This document shows, piece by piece, positions 1 through 9,370 of a stretch of 64,000 nt of DNA. The notes beneath the pieces were generated by a model. The model worked only from the letters and a program-made list of their open reading frames with translations. It was not told where the DNA came from and did no database searches. This DNA comes from a bacterium (GTDB lineage Bacteria; Sysuimicrobiota; Sysuimicrobiia; Sysuimicrobiales; Kaftiobacteriaceae): contig JBIOWP010000053.1 in assembly GCA_044868695.1 (NCBI GenBank), forward strand, positions 1 to 64,000, read 5' to 3'. The position numbers were made by a program, and so were the translations under genes. Each line of letters starts with the position of its first letter. The stretch's first letter is position 1.

Positions 1-117
1 GCAAGCTATGGCGGGCAACTGCGGCATGAACTAGGCATAGTGCGCACAAAACGTGCACCAGATAAGCAGTTTGTGCCGAGCCAAACGAGGAGTCACGGGA
101 CACATTTATTCCGTCTC

Positions 118-180
118 TCTTCAAAACCGGCGGGAGGCCAGTCGGTCTCCGGTGAGTTCGATTCTCACGGCCCTCCGCCA
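118..180 (+). tRNA. selC: 3' half of a tRNA-Sec gene (truncated at the anticodon loop); probable attachment-site remnant
   Basis: Anticodon loop CTTCAAA (119-125, UCA), 3' anticodon strand ACCGG, long variable arm GGAGGCC-AGTC-GGTCTCC, T-arm GTGAG-TTCGATT-CTCAC, 8-nt acceptor 3' strand GGCCCTCC, discriminator G, CCA at 178-180. No 5' half upstream within the window. Confidence 0.85.
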
Positions 181-225
181 TTCGACTCGCCCGCCTGCGG
201 CGGACTCGCTCATGGCCTTCGGCCA
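177..225. repeat. REP-like nested hairpin directly after the tRNA CCA
   Basis: GCCAT...ATGGC outer stem, CCGCC-TGC-GGCGG inner hairpin, then TGGCC-TTC-GGCCA. Confidence 0.45.
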
Positions 226-266
226 CTCAGTTCCTTGCCACCATATTATGGGCTAGAGGGCGAGCC

Positions 267-794
267 TTGATTCCGCCTGACCGCGTGAAGGGCGAGCTCA
301 CCTTTGACTTCATCCGCCCGCCTAACCGCCATGTTGCCTTCGAGTCGCTCCTCCTGGACGCAACGGACGACCTCATTACCGTTGCTCATGAGTCCTCCCC
401 CTCAAAACCCGTGAGGCACTTTGGTCAGACGGTGCTGGATACCGGGTATTGGGGGGTGTGGTTCCTTTTCAAGGGCCGTCCATATGATGTCGGCCGATTC
501 TACCGCCCTGACGGGGAGTGGACCGGCTATTACGTCGACGTCCTCGAGCCGGTGAAGTGGAAAGCGTCGGACCCGAACACGATCGAGCCCATCATCGACC
601 TCTTCCTCGACCTCTGGATCGCACCTGACGGGAAATTCATAATCCTCGATGAGGACGAGTTCGAGGAAGCCATCAGTCTGGGGCACCTCTCGGGCGGACA
701 GGCTGACCATGCACGGAGAGTCCTTCAGGACCTCGTCGAGGCGACACAACGGGGAGAATTCCCGCCCGCGGTTGTAAAGAATTTCCGCATCTGA
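267..794 (+). CDS. DUF402 domain protein
   Basis: GYYVDV...DLFLDLWIAPDG...LDEDEFEEA pattern typical of DUF402; TTG start. Confidence 0.8.
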   Translation: MIPPDRVKGELTFDFIRPPNRHVAFESLLLDATDDLITVAHESSPSKPVRHFGQTVLDTGYWGVWFLFKGRPYDVGRFYRPDGEWTGYYVDVLEPVKWKASDPNTIEPIIDLFLDLWIAPDGKFIILDEDEFEEAISLGHLSGGQADHARRVLQDLVEATQRGEFPPAVVKNFRI

Positions 795-803
795 AGGATA
801 CGC

Positions 804-890
804 GTACCTGGCACCGCGGTGCCAGGTACCAGGGTGCCAGGTACCGGGGTGCCAGGTACCGGGGTGCCAGGTACCGGAGTGCCAGGCACC
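804..890. repeat. 15-bp-period tandem repeat (GGTGCCAGGTACC x5) headed by a perfect 26-bp palindrome
   Basis: Units start at 818, 833, 848, 863, 878 (the last is AGTGCCAGGCACC). 804-829 GTACCTGGCACCGCGGTGCCAGGTAC is its own reverse complement. Confidence 0.95.
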
Positions 891-952
891 GCAGAGCAGG
901 CGCTCAAGCTGGCGAGGTAGCCCGAGAGGCTCCAGCGAAGAACGATCTTCCC

Positions 953-1339
953 ATGGCTCACGCCCGCGCCCGAGGCGTCCTCGGGCGGATTAGAAAGATC
1001 TGTCTGGCCCTGCCCGAGACGAGTGAGCGGCGGAGCCACGGTGCGCCGACGTTCTTCATCGGCGGCAAGCGCGCCTTCGTCATGTTCCACGACAACCACC
1101 ACGGCGACGGGCGGCTGGCCATCTGGTGTGCCGCCGCGCCTGAGATCCAACGGATGCTGATCGGGTCCGGCTCCGTACATTACTTCGTTCCGCCGTATGT
1201 CGGCCATCTGGGCTGGCTCGGGGTGCGCCTCGACAGGCGTTTGGCCTGGAGAACGATCGCAGACCTGATCGAGGATGCGTATCTCACCGTAGCACCTCAA
1301 AAGCTGGTCGGACGCCCTCGCACGCGCAAAGCGATGTAG
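953..1339 (+). CDS. MmcQ/YjbR family protein
   Basis: ICLALPETSERRSHGAPTF...YFVPPYVGHLGWLGVRLD...LIEDAY. Confidence 0.8.
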   Translation: MAHARARGVLGRIRKICLALPETSERRSHGAPTFFIGGKRAFVMFHDNHHGDGRLAIWCAAAPEIQRMLIGSGSVHYFVPPYVGHLGWLGVRLDRRLAWRTIADLIEDAYLTVAPQKLVGRPRTRKAM

Positions 1340-1340
1340 G

Positions 1341-2636
1341 ATGGACCTGTCCGTTTGTCCAGGGCCAGGCCTGCCCTGGGATGGGAAGCAGGGATCCGGA
1401 CTCGCAGGTAGGCTCTGGTCGGGGGCGATGGGCGTGGGCGGGCAAGGACAGGGGTCGCCGGCGAAGCGGGCCGCGCGCGCAAATGACCCGCACATCCGGG
1501 AACTGCGGATCCTCAACGCCATCGCGGAGGCTTTGAACAGTTCGCCCGACGTCCAGCAGGCGCTGGAGCGGACCCTCGGCCTCGTGGCAGACCTGCTCGG
1601 GCTGCGCACCGGATGGATCTGGCTCATCGATCGGGAGACCGGCCAGTTCTACAACGCGGCCGCGCGGAACCTTCCGCCGTATCTCCGCGCGCCGGTGCGG
1701 ATGACGGGGTACTCGTGCTCGTGCATCGGGGAGTTCAACGAAGGCGCCCTGACGCCCAAAAACATTGACGTGATGGAATGCAGCCGCCTGCAGCCGGCGG
1801 TGCAGCGGCAGGCGACCGATCTCACGCACGGGCTCGCGTATCACGCCAGCATCCCGCTGTACTTCCAGGACACGCCGCTCGGTATTCTCAATGTCACCGG
1901 ACCATCATGGCGCCGGCTGACGGACGAAGAGCTGCACCTGCTGTCGACGATTGCCTACCAGGTAGGTATCGCCATCGACCGGGCCCGCCTCGCGGACGAG
2001 AGCGCGCAGCTGGCCCGCGCCGGGGAGCGCGCTCGGCTGGCGCGGGAGATCCACGATACGCTGGCGCAGGGGCTCACGGCCATCGCCCTGCACCTGGAAG
2101 GCGCGCTCCACCATCTCACCGGCCACCCGGAGCGTGCGAGGCAGCGGCTGGAACGCGCGCTGGAGACGGCGCGGGAGAGCCTGGAGGAAGCACGGCGGTC
2201 AGTGCTGGATTTGCGCGCGGCGCCGCTCGCCGGGAAGCCGCTTGGCTCCGCGCTGCGGTCGTTGTCCCGGACATTCACCTCCGAGACCGGCATCCGGATC
2301 CGCGTGCGCGTGGAGCACGCGCGGGCGCTCCCGCTGCGGGCGGAGGCGGAGTTATTCCGCATCGCGCAGGAGGCGCTGGCCAATGTCCGCCGCCACGCCG
2401 GGGCCACCGACGTGGAAATCGTCTTGCGGCAGACGGAGCGGGCCGCACGCCTGTCGGTCCGCGACAACGGACGGGGATTCGATCTGGAGGCGGTGGCGGG
2501 GGATCGGCAGGGGATCGTAGGCATGCGGGAGCGCGCGAAGCTGCTCGGCGGGACGCTGCGTGTCCGCAGCCGCCGGCGCGCGCCGTCCGGCACGACCGTG
2601 ATCGCCTCGGTGCCCGTTCTGGAGAGCGCGCGGTGA
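1341..2636 (+). CDS. GAF-domain HisKA_3 sensor histidine kinase (YhcY/AirS-like); true start may be ATG 1428
   Basis: GAF with CSC...C and HASIPL; ERARLAREIHDTLAQ H-box; QEALANVRRHA, DNGRGF, GIVGMRER. Confidence 0.9.
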   Translation: MDLSVCPGPGLPWDGKQGSGLAGRLWSGAMGVGGQGQGSPAKRAARANDPHIRELRILNAIAEALNSSPDVQQALERTLGLVADLLGLRTGWIWLIDRETGQFYNAAARNLPPYLRAPVRMTGYSCSCIGEFNEGALTPKNIDVMECSRLQPAVQRQATDLTHGLAYHASIPLYFQDTPLGILNVTGPSWRRLTDEELHLLSTIAYQVGIAIDRARLADESAQLARAGERARLAREIHDTLAQGLTAIALHLEGALHHLTGHPERARQRLERALETARESLEEARRSVLDLRAAPLAGKPLGSALRSLSRTFTSETGIRIRVRVEHARALPLRAEAELFRIAQEALANVRRHAGATDVEIVLRQTERAARLSVRDNGRGFDLEAVAGDRQGIVGMRERAKLLGGTLRVRSRRRAPSGTTVIASVPVLESAR

Positions 2637-3253
2637 TCACGATCGTGGTTGTTGACGATCACCCGGTCGTCCGCGAAGGGCTGGTGGCCTCGCTGGAGGA
2701 CGACGCAGAGTTCCGGGTGGTGGGGGCGGCGGGGTCGGCGGAAGACGCCCTGCCGCTGGTGGCCGGCCAGAAACCCGACATCGTGCTCCTGGATCTGGAG
2801 CTTCCAGGCGTCGGCGGGCTCGACGCCATCCCCGCCCTGCTGGCGGCCCACCCGCCGTCGCGGATTCTTATCCTCACGGCCTACGATACCGACGAGCGGG
2901 TGATGGGCGCGCTCCGGGCGGGGGCCAGGGGGTACCTCCTCAAGGGGGCGTCGTTAGAGGAGATTGCCCGGGCGATCCGCGCCGTGCACGCCGGAGAGTC
3001 ATACCTCGAGCCCAGGATCGCCTCCAAAGTGGTCGCCGAACTGGGTCCGCGGAAGCGACCGACCGCGCTCAGCCGCCGGGAACGGGAGGTGCTGCGCCTG
3101 GTTGCCGAGGGCCACGCCAACAAACAGATCGCCCGGGCACTGGGGATCACGGAGCGCACCGTCAAGTTTCACGTCACCTCGATCCTCAACAAGCTAGGCG
3201 CAGAGAACCGCGCACAGGCGGTCGCGCTGGCAGGGCGACGTGGTCTGCTGTAA
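2633..3253 (+). CDS. NarL/LuxR family response regulator
   Basis: VVDDHPVVREG, LLDLELP, LSRREREVL...TVKFHVTSILNKLG; GTG start overlaps the kinase stop. Confidence 0.92.
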   Translation: MITIVVVDDHPVVREGLVASLEDDAEFRVVGAAGSAEDALPLVAGQKPDIVLLDLELPGVGGLDAIPALLAAHPPSRILILTAYDTDERVMGALRAGARGYLLKGASLEEIARAIRAVHAGESYLEPRIASKVVAELGPRKRPTALSRREREVLRLVAEGHANKQIARALGITERTVKFHVTSILNKLGAENRAQAVALAGRRGLL

Positions 3254-3360
3254 CCGTAGCCTACTGTTCCTGCGGACAGGGTCCGCCTTCCCGAACTGAC
3301 AGGCGATAACTCACCCTTCTGCGCAATGGCGGGGCGGCAGGCTCCTGCCATCCTGGACCC

Positions 3361-4101
3361 ATGAACCTGCGCAACCGTGTGGCCCTGATTACCGGCGCGT
3401 CACGAGGGCTGGGGCTGGAGATCGCCCGCCTCTTCGCCCGCAGGGGAGCCAGGCTTGTGCTGGTGGCCCGCGGCGAGGATGGACTGCGTGAGGCCGCACA
3501 GGAGCTGTCGCGCACCTCCGAGGTGCTCGCGGTGGCTGCTGATGTCGGCGAGGACGCCGAGCGAATCGCCCAGGCCGCGCTCGACCGCTTCGGCCGGGTC
3601 GACGTCTTGATCAACAACGCCTCCGACATCGGCCCCAGTCCCATGCCAGCGCTGGAGGTCTATCCATGGGACGCGCTCCTGCGGGTACTGCGGATCAATG
3701 CGGTGGCGCCCCTGCACCTATCGCAACTGCTGCTACCGCAGATGAAAGCCCGCGCCGAGGGCGTGATCATCAATGTCACGTCCGATGCCGGCGTACAGGC
3801 GTACGCGGGGTGGGGCGGGTACGGCGCGAGCAAGGCGGCGCTGGAGCATCTCTCCCGCGTGCTCGCCGCTGAACTCGCCGGGAGCGGCATCAGAGTCTTC
3901 GTCGTGGATCCGGGCGACATGAATACCCAGATGCACCGACAGGCCGAACCGGGGGTGGACCTCACGCACTTGCCCGGTCCGGATGTCAGCGCCCCCGCCT
4001 TCGTCCGTCTCGTGGAAGATGAGGCCCTGCCATCCGGTCGCTTCGAAGCGCGCAAGATTGCGGGAGCGGGCGCAGGTGCGCCGGCGGCACGAGCCGGATA
4101 A
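3361..4101 (+). CDS. SDR family oxidoreductase
   Basis: TGASRGLG, LINNA, YGASK catalytic motif. Confidence 0.92.
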   Translation: MNLRNRVALITGASRGLGLEIARLFARRGARLVLVARGEDGLREAAQELSRTSEVLAVAADVGEDAERIAQAALDRFGRVDVLINNASDIGPSPMPALEVYPWDALLRVLRINAVAPLHLSQLLLPQMKARAEGVIINVTSDAGVQAYAGWGGYGASKAALEHLSRVLAAELAGSGIRVFVVDPGDMNTQMHRQAEPGVDLTHLPGPDVSAPAFVRLVEDEALPSGRFEARKIAGAGAGAPAARAG

Positions 4102-4105
4102 TCGC

Positions 4106-5128
4106 ATGAATCCGGCATCTGCCGTTATCGACTTCACGCTTCCACCTGAACGTGAGGCGCATGAACCACCAGAAGCCCGCGGCCTGACCCGGGACGCCGT
4201 CCGGCTGCTCGTCTCCTCCCCACGCGGGGACCGCCTCGTGCACGCGCGGTTTGCCGATCTGCCGGCATTCCTCCGCCCGGGTGATCTGCTCGTGGTGAAC
4301 ATCTCGGCGACGGTGCCGGCGGCACTCACGGCGCGCCGGGCTGACGGCGGCGAGATTGCGATGCATCTCTCCACCCGCCTGCCCGCCGGGCTGTGCGTCG
4401 TGGAGTTCCGGAAGACGGCGGTGTTGGCGGGGGAGGCGTTCATGCTTCCCGGCGGAGGATCGGCCGCCGCGCTCGTTCCTTATCCCGGCTCGGCGCGGTT
4501 GTGGGTCGCCCGGCTCAATCTGCCGGAGCCGCTGCCGGCATATCTTCAGCGGTGGGGCCGCCCGATCGCCTATCCCTACGTTCACGGCAGCTGGCCGCTC
4601 GAGATGTACCAGAACGTCTACGCGTCCATCCCCGGGTCATCCGAGATGCCGTCCGCGGGACGGCCGTTCACGCAGGACATCCTCGACCGGCTGACGCTCG
4701 CCGGGGTGCTGATCGCTCCCGTCATCCTGCACACCGGCGTGGCCAGCCTCGAACAGGACGAGCCGCCGTACGAGGAATACGTCGAGGTGCCGCACCAGAC
4801 GGCCGAGACCGTGCGGCGTGTAAAGGACGGCACGGGGCGGGTGATCGCGGTCGGGACGACCGTGGTCCGGGCGCTGGAGAGTTCCGTGGACGGCGCGGGC
4901 GTTCCCATCGCCTCGCGAGGGTGGACCGACCTCGTGATCACCGCGGCGCGGGGCGTGACGGTTGTCGATGGGCTGCTGACAGGATTCCACGAGCCGCACG
5001 CCACCCACATGGCGCTGCTAGAGGCCATCGCCGGACGCGCGCACCTGGAGCGGGCCTATCGCACCGCCCTGGAGGCCGGCTACCTGTGGCACGAGTTCGG
5101 CGACCTGCACCTGATCCTGCCGGCGTGA
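4106..5128 (+). CDS. QueA-like (SAM:tRNA ribosyltransferase-isomerase family) protein
   Basis: DLLVVN, YQNVYA..PGSSEMPSAG, AVGTTVVRALES, LLTGFHEP, YLWHEFGDLHLI. Confidence 0.85.
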   Translation: MNPASAVIDFTLPPEREAHEPPEARGLTRDAVRLLVSSPRGDRLVHARFADLPAFLRPGDLLVVNISATVPAALTARRADGGEIAMHLSTRLPAGLCVVEFRKTAVLAGEAFMLPGGGSAAALVPYPGSARLWVARLNLPEPLPAYLQRWGRPIAYPYVHGSWPLEMYQNVYASIPGSSEMPSAGRPFTQDILDRLTLAGVLIAPVILHTGVASLEQDEPPYEEYVEVPHQTAETVRRVKDGTGRVIAVGTTVVRALESSVDGAGVPIASRGWTDLVITAARGVTVVDGLLTGFHEPHATHMALLEAIAGRAHLERAYRTALEAGYLWHEFGDLHLILPA

Positions 5129-5143
5129 GCCGCGCCACCGGCG

Positions 5144-5752
5144 CTACGGCGCGTCGACCGTGATCGTCGCCGCCGCCACACTGCCGTCGGCACCCGGGGT
5201 GCCCCGCACCGTCACCCGCATGCCGGGCTGCAGCCGGCTCTGCGGAATTACTGTCAGCCGGATGACCTGGGCTTCCTTGGGGACGGCGATCACGACAGCC
5301 CCGTCCCCGAGCTTCAGGTAGAGCGTGCGTCCCTCGATCCGTCCGACGTTTTGAAATAAGGTGGCATTGGTCATCACGTTGCCGGTCTCCATGACAAACT
5401 GGGCCTCGCGCACGCGGCCCCGGAACTCCGGAGGGAAGATGTTGATGGAGATCGCGGTCAGCGAGCCGTCCGGCTCGCGCCGGGCGGTGACGCCGACGAA
5501 GTCGTTGGGGCGGATGTCCGCCAGCTGGACCAGCATGCGCTGGATGACCACGGTCTCGCCGGTCACTGCAATCCGCGCCGTGTCCCCGGCGTTTCTGGTG
5601 ACCGTCAGGATCCCCGGCTCGATCGCGGCGATCGTGCCCTCGATCTGAGCGGCCGCCCCGGGGGCCGCGATCGCAAGGGGCGCGATGATGAGCCCCAGCA
5701 TCGCCGCGATGGCCGGCACCGCATCCCGCGCGCGCACTCGTCGATTGTTCAC
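5144..5752 (-). CDS. secreted protein with two OB-like repeats (DUF5666-like)
   Basis: Signal peptide; repeated ..I/L.PG..V.V...DGS..A..I pattern. Confidence 0.6.
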   Translation of the reverse strand: MNNRRVRARDAVPAIAAMLGLIIAPLAIAAPGAAAQIEGTIAAIEPGILTVTRNAGDTARIAVTGETVVIQRMLVQLADIRPNDFVGVTARREPDGSLTAISINIFPPEFRGRVREAQFVMETGNVMTNATLFQNVGRIEGRTLYLKLGDGAVVIAVPKEAQVIRLTVIPQSRLQPGMRVTVRGTPGADGSVAAATITVDAP

Positions 5753-5889
5753 CCTCCATCACCTCCTCGTGTCGCTGGTAGGGTACCACACAGAGTATCA
5801 CGGCACCGTCACGCGCGCCGGCGGCGGCGCAAGGGCCGGAGCCATTCAAGGAGAACTACTGAGCCATTCCACAGAGGGGGGATTCCGCG

Positions 5890-7515
5890 ATGGAACGCAT
5901 CAAGCGCCGGGAGTTGCTGCGCCGGACCGGATGGGGTCTCGGCGCGTTGGCCGCCACGTCGCTGCTGCCGCGCTGGGCCGGACCGCGCGCGGTGTACGCC
6001 CAGGCCACCGGGACGTTGACGTACGGCATGGCCGGGGGATTCGATACCCTCGATGTCACGGCCACGACTTTTACGCGCGTGGGCCGGATCGGGCTCCACA
6101 TCGTCGACCCGCTCGTCTGGCAGGTGGGGCCGGGGCAGTATGCGCCGGGCCTCGCGGCGTCGTGGACGGTCTCACCGGACGCCACGGCCTACACCTTCAG
6201 GCTGCGGGAGGGAGTCAAGTTCCATGACGGGACTCCCCTCACCGCCGAGGCCGTCAAGGTCACGTTCGACCGCATCGTCGACCCCGAGACCCGCGCGCAG
6301 ACGGCGTTCAGTTTCATCGGCCCCTATGACCGCAGCGAGGTCCTGGACCGCTCCACGGTGCGCGTCCGCTTCAAGAGCCCGCACGCCTCATTCCTCAACG
6401 GCGCCAGCAGCCCGTACCTCGGCATCATCTCGCCCACGGCCGTACAGAAATACGGCCGCGACTTCGGCCGCGTCGTCTTCGTGGGGACGGGTCCCTTCCT
6501 GCTCCAGTCCTACCGCACCGACGCCGAGGTCCAGTTGATCCGCAATCCCAACTACACCTGGGGCGCCCGCATCTTCGCGCACGAGGGGCTGCCCTACCTC
6601 CAGCGCATCGTGTACAAGATCATCCCTGAAGAGGCCACCCGTCTGGCGACGCTGGAGACCGGCGAGACAATGTTCATCGAGGACGTGCCGACGTCAGACT
6701 ACCGGAGGCTGAAAAGCGTCCGCGACAAGGTCTTGATCGAAGTGCCGCAGGCCGGCTCCGGCTGGTCGCTCATGATGAATCAGCAGCGCGCTCCGACTAG
6801 CGAACTGGCTGTCCGGCGTGCCGTCATGCTGGGGATTGACAAGGACGGGCTGGCCCGGACGGTGTGGAACGAGGTGTTCAAGCCGGCGTGCAGCCCGCTG
6901 ACCCCCAACATGTTCGGGTTCGACGCGGAGACGTGCAAGAAAGCGGCCTACAATCCGGACCAGGCGCGCCGCGTCCTCGAGGAAGCGGGGTGGCGACCCG
7001 GCCCCGACGGCGTTCGGGTCAAAGACGGCCAGCGGCTGCGTCTCGAATTCTACGTGCAGGCGGTGCAAAAGCAGCAGGAGATGGCGCAGTTCATCCAGGC
7101 GACGCTGCGGCCGGTGGGGATCGACGTCAACCTGAACGTGGCGGCGCGGCCGGCGTACCTCGACGCGGTGCGGCAGGGCCGCCACAACTTCCAGTTCTGG
7201 TGGGAAACGGGGACCGATCCCGGGGACATCCTGCGCATCCTCTTCCACTCCCGCAACGCCGGCGGCGGCACGAACCGCAACAACTACCGCAGCGCGGAGA
7301 TCGACACGCTGATCGACCAGATTGCCGCGACCGCGGATCCGCAGGCGCGCCGGGACCTCGTGGTCAAGGCCCAGGCCAAGGTGATCGATGATGCGGTCAT
7401 GGTCTACCTGGCCGACCCACCGTCCCTATACGCGCACGACCGCGCCGTGACAGGGATCTGGATTGACTGGGGAGGCAACTACCCCTACTTCTACGATACC
7501 CGCACCGGGCGGTAG
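5890..7515 (+). CDS. ABC transporter substrate-binding protein, family 5 (peptide/nickel), Tat signal
   Basis: KRRELL twin-arginine leader; PGLAASWTVSPD..YTFRLREGVKFHDGTPLTAEAV; GTGPF. Confidence 0.92.
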   Translation: MERIKRRELLRRTGWGLGALAATSLLPRWAGPRAVYAQATGTLTYGMAGGFDTLDVTATTFTRVGRIGLHIVDPLVWQVGPGQYAPGLAASWTVSPDATAYTFRLREGVKFHDGTPLTAEAVKVTFDRIVDPETRAQTAFSFIGPYDRSEVLDRSTVRVRFKSPHASFLNGASSPYLGIISPTAVQKYGRDFGRVVFVGTGPFLLQSYRTDAEVQLIRNPNYTWGARIFAHEGLPYLQRIVYKIIPEEATRLATLETGETMFIEDVPTSDYRRLKSVRDKVLIEVPQAGSGWSLMMNQQRAPTSELAVRRAVMLGIDKDGLARTVWNEVFKPACSPLTPNMFGFDAETCKKAAYNPDQARRVLEEAGWRPGPDGVRVKDGQRLRLEFYVQAVQKQQEMAQFIQATLRPVGIDVNLNVAARPAYLDAVRQGRHNFQFWWETGTDPGDILRILFHSRNAGGGTNRNNYRSAEIDTLIDQIAATADPQARRDLVVKAQAKVIDDAVMVYLADPPSLYAHDRAVTGIWIDWGGNYPYFYDTRTGR

Positions 7516-7530
7516 CCTCCGGATTGAGAA

Positions 7531-7568
7531 ACGCGTGGAGCCGGCGGCAGGACGCCGGCTCCACGCGT
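7531..7568. repeat. perfect 16-bp-stem hairpin between the SBP and permease genes
   Basis: ACGCGTGGAGCCGGCG-gcagga-CGCCGGCTCCACGCGT; no U-tract. Confidence 0.85.
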
Positions 7569-7578
7569 GAGGACACGC

Positions 7579-8502
7579 ATGCTGGCATTCCTCCTCAAGC
7601 GAGCGCTGCTCGCGGTGCCCACGCTGCTGGCGATCTCCGTGCTGGTGTTCATCATGCTGCACCTGGTACCCGGCGATCCGGCCGTGATTTTCTTCGGCGA
7701 CCGTCCGGTCACGCCCGAGCGGCTGGAGGCGGTGCGGCACCAGATGGGGTTGGACCGGCCGCTCGTCGTCCAGTATCTGGACTTCCTCCGCGGGATTGTC
7801 CGAGGGAATCTCGGGCGGTCGATTCACAACGACACCCCGGTGCTTGAGGAAGTCGCGTCGCGCATCCCGTCGTCGGCCCAGCTGGCCGCGGCGGCGTTCC
7901 TGGTGGCCGCCGCACTCGGCCTGGGGTTGGGACTGCTCTCGGCCCTGCGCCGGTCCACCTGGATCGACGCGACCGCGATGCTCGTGGCACTGGGAGGCGT
8001 CTCCATGCCGATCTTCTGGCTGGCCGCGATGCTGATCTTCGTCTTTTCCCTCAAGCTGGGCTGGTTTCCGGCCACCGGCTTCGGCGGGTGGAACCGTCTC
8101 GTGCTGCCGGCGCTGGCCTTGGGCTTCATCTCATCGGCGACACTGGCGCGTCTCGTCCGATCCAGCGTGCTGGATATTGTCGTCCAGCCGTATGTCACCA
8201 CGGCCCGCTCCAAGGGGCTCCGCGAGGCGGCCGTGCTCCGGGTGCACGTGTTGAAGAACGCCCTGATTGCCGTGGTCACGGTCATGGGCCTGCAGCTGGG
8301 CACGCTGCTCTCCGGCGCGGTGATTACGGAAACCGTCTTTGCCCGCCCAGGGGTCGGCAAGCTCTTGGTGGATTCCATCTTGAGCAAGGACCTGCCGCTG
8401 GTCCAGGGCACGGTGCTCTTCGTCGCGCTGGTGTACATCGCTGTCAACCTGATGGTGGACCTCCTCTATGCGTATCTCGATCCCCGCATCCGATTTGAGT
8501 AG
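7579..8502 (+). CDS. ABC transporter permease (DppB/OppB-like)
   Basis: VPGDPA, GLDRPLVVQY, YVTTARSKGL, ITETVFARPGVG, LDPRI. Confidence 0.92.
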   Translation: MLAFLLKRALLAVPTLLAISVLVFIMLHLVPGDPAVIFFGDRPVTPERLEAVRHQMGLDRPLVVQYLDFLRGIVRGNLGRSIHNDTPVLEEVASRIPSSAQLAAAAFLVAAALGLGLGLLSALRRSTWIDATAMLVALGGVSMPIFWLAAMLIFVFSLKLGWFPATGFGGWNRLVLPALALGFISSATLARLVRSSVLDIVVQPYVTTARSKGLREAAVLRVHVLKNALIAVVTVMGLQLGTLLSGAVITETVFARPGVGKLLVDSILSKDLPLVQGTVLFVALVYIAVNLMVDLLYAYLDPRIRFE

Positions 8503-9370
8503 GACGGCGCGGCCTTCCCTCGGCCACCCGCGGGGCCTGTGGGCGGATGCCGTCCGCCGCCTGGCCCGCTCGAGGGGCGCGCTGCTGGGAGGCCTCTGCA
8601 TCATGATGCTGGTTGCCGCGGCGCTCGCCGCCCCTGTGCTGACCCCGTTCGATCCCATCGTGATGAACCCGCCCGACCGGATGCAGGCGCCGTCGCGTGC
8701 GCATCCTCTGGGCACCGATCTCTTCGGCCGCGACATGTATACCCGCATCCTGTTCGGCTCCCGGATCTCGCTCCAGACGGGCGTGGTGTCCGTCACGATT
8801 GCGATCCTAATCGGCGTTCCGCTGGGCCTGGTGTCGGGGTTCCACGGCGGGGCGGCCGACCAGCTGTTGATGCGGATCGTCGACCTCATGCTCACGTTTC
8901 CGGGCATCCTCCTGGCCCTGGTGATCATCGCCATCCTGGGGCCCGACCTGTTCCACGCCATGCTGGCGGTGGGGATCTCGGCGTCGCCGACGTATGCCCG
9001 CGTGGTGCGGGCCGCGGCGCTGGAGGCCAGGGGCCAGGCCTACGTGGACGCTGCCCGCGCCGTCGGGTGTACCAATCTCCGGATCATGATCCGGCACATC
9101 CTCCCCAACACCATCGCACCCATCATCGTCCTGGGGACGCTGGGGGTGGCGGGGGCCATTACCGCGGCCGCCGCGCTCAGCTATCTCGGCCTGGGCGCAC
9201 AGCCGCCGCAGCCGGAGTGGGGGGCGCTGCTGTCGGAGGGACGCAACTACCTGCGGGTGGCGTGGTGGATGACCGCCTTCCCGGGCCTGGCCATCATGAC
9301 CGCAGTGCTGTCCATCAATCTCCTGGGCGACGGGCTCCGCGACGCCCTCGATCCACGGTTGCGGCTGTGA
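8495..9370 (+). CDS. ABC transporter permease (DppC/OppC-like); start approximate
   Basis: HPLGTDLFGRD, YVDAARAVG, PPQPEWG, GDGLRDALDP. Confidence 0.9.
   Translation: MSRTARPSLGHPRGLWADAVRRLARSRGALLGGLCIMMLVAAALAAPVLTPFDPIVMNPPDRMQAPSRAHPLGTDLFGRDMYTRILFGSRISLQTGVVSVTIAILIGVPLGLVSGFHGGAADQLLMRIVDLMLTFPGILLALVIIAILGPDLFHAMLAVGISASPTYARVVRAAALEARGQAYVDAARAVGCTNLRIMIRHILPNTIAPIIVLGTLGVAGAITAAAALSYLGLGAQPPQPEWGALLSEGRNYLRVAWWMTAFPGLAIMTAVLSINLLGDGLRDALDPRLRL

Noticed and set aside
90..180. Intact functional tRNA-Sec
   Set aside because: The 5' acceptor strand, D-arm and 5' anticodon strand are missing.
40..270. Short ORFs 40-270 and 53-256
   Set aside because: They overlap the tRNA fragment and hairpin and have no recognisable protein features.
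804..890. CRISPR array
   Set aside because: 15-bp period with 2-nt gaps, no unique spacers and no cas genes in the window.
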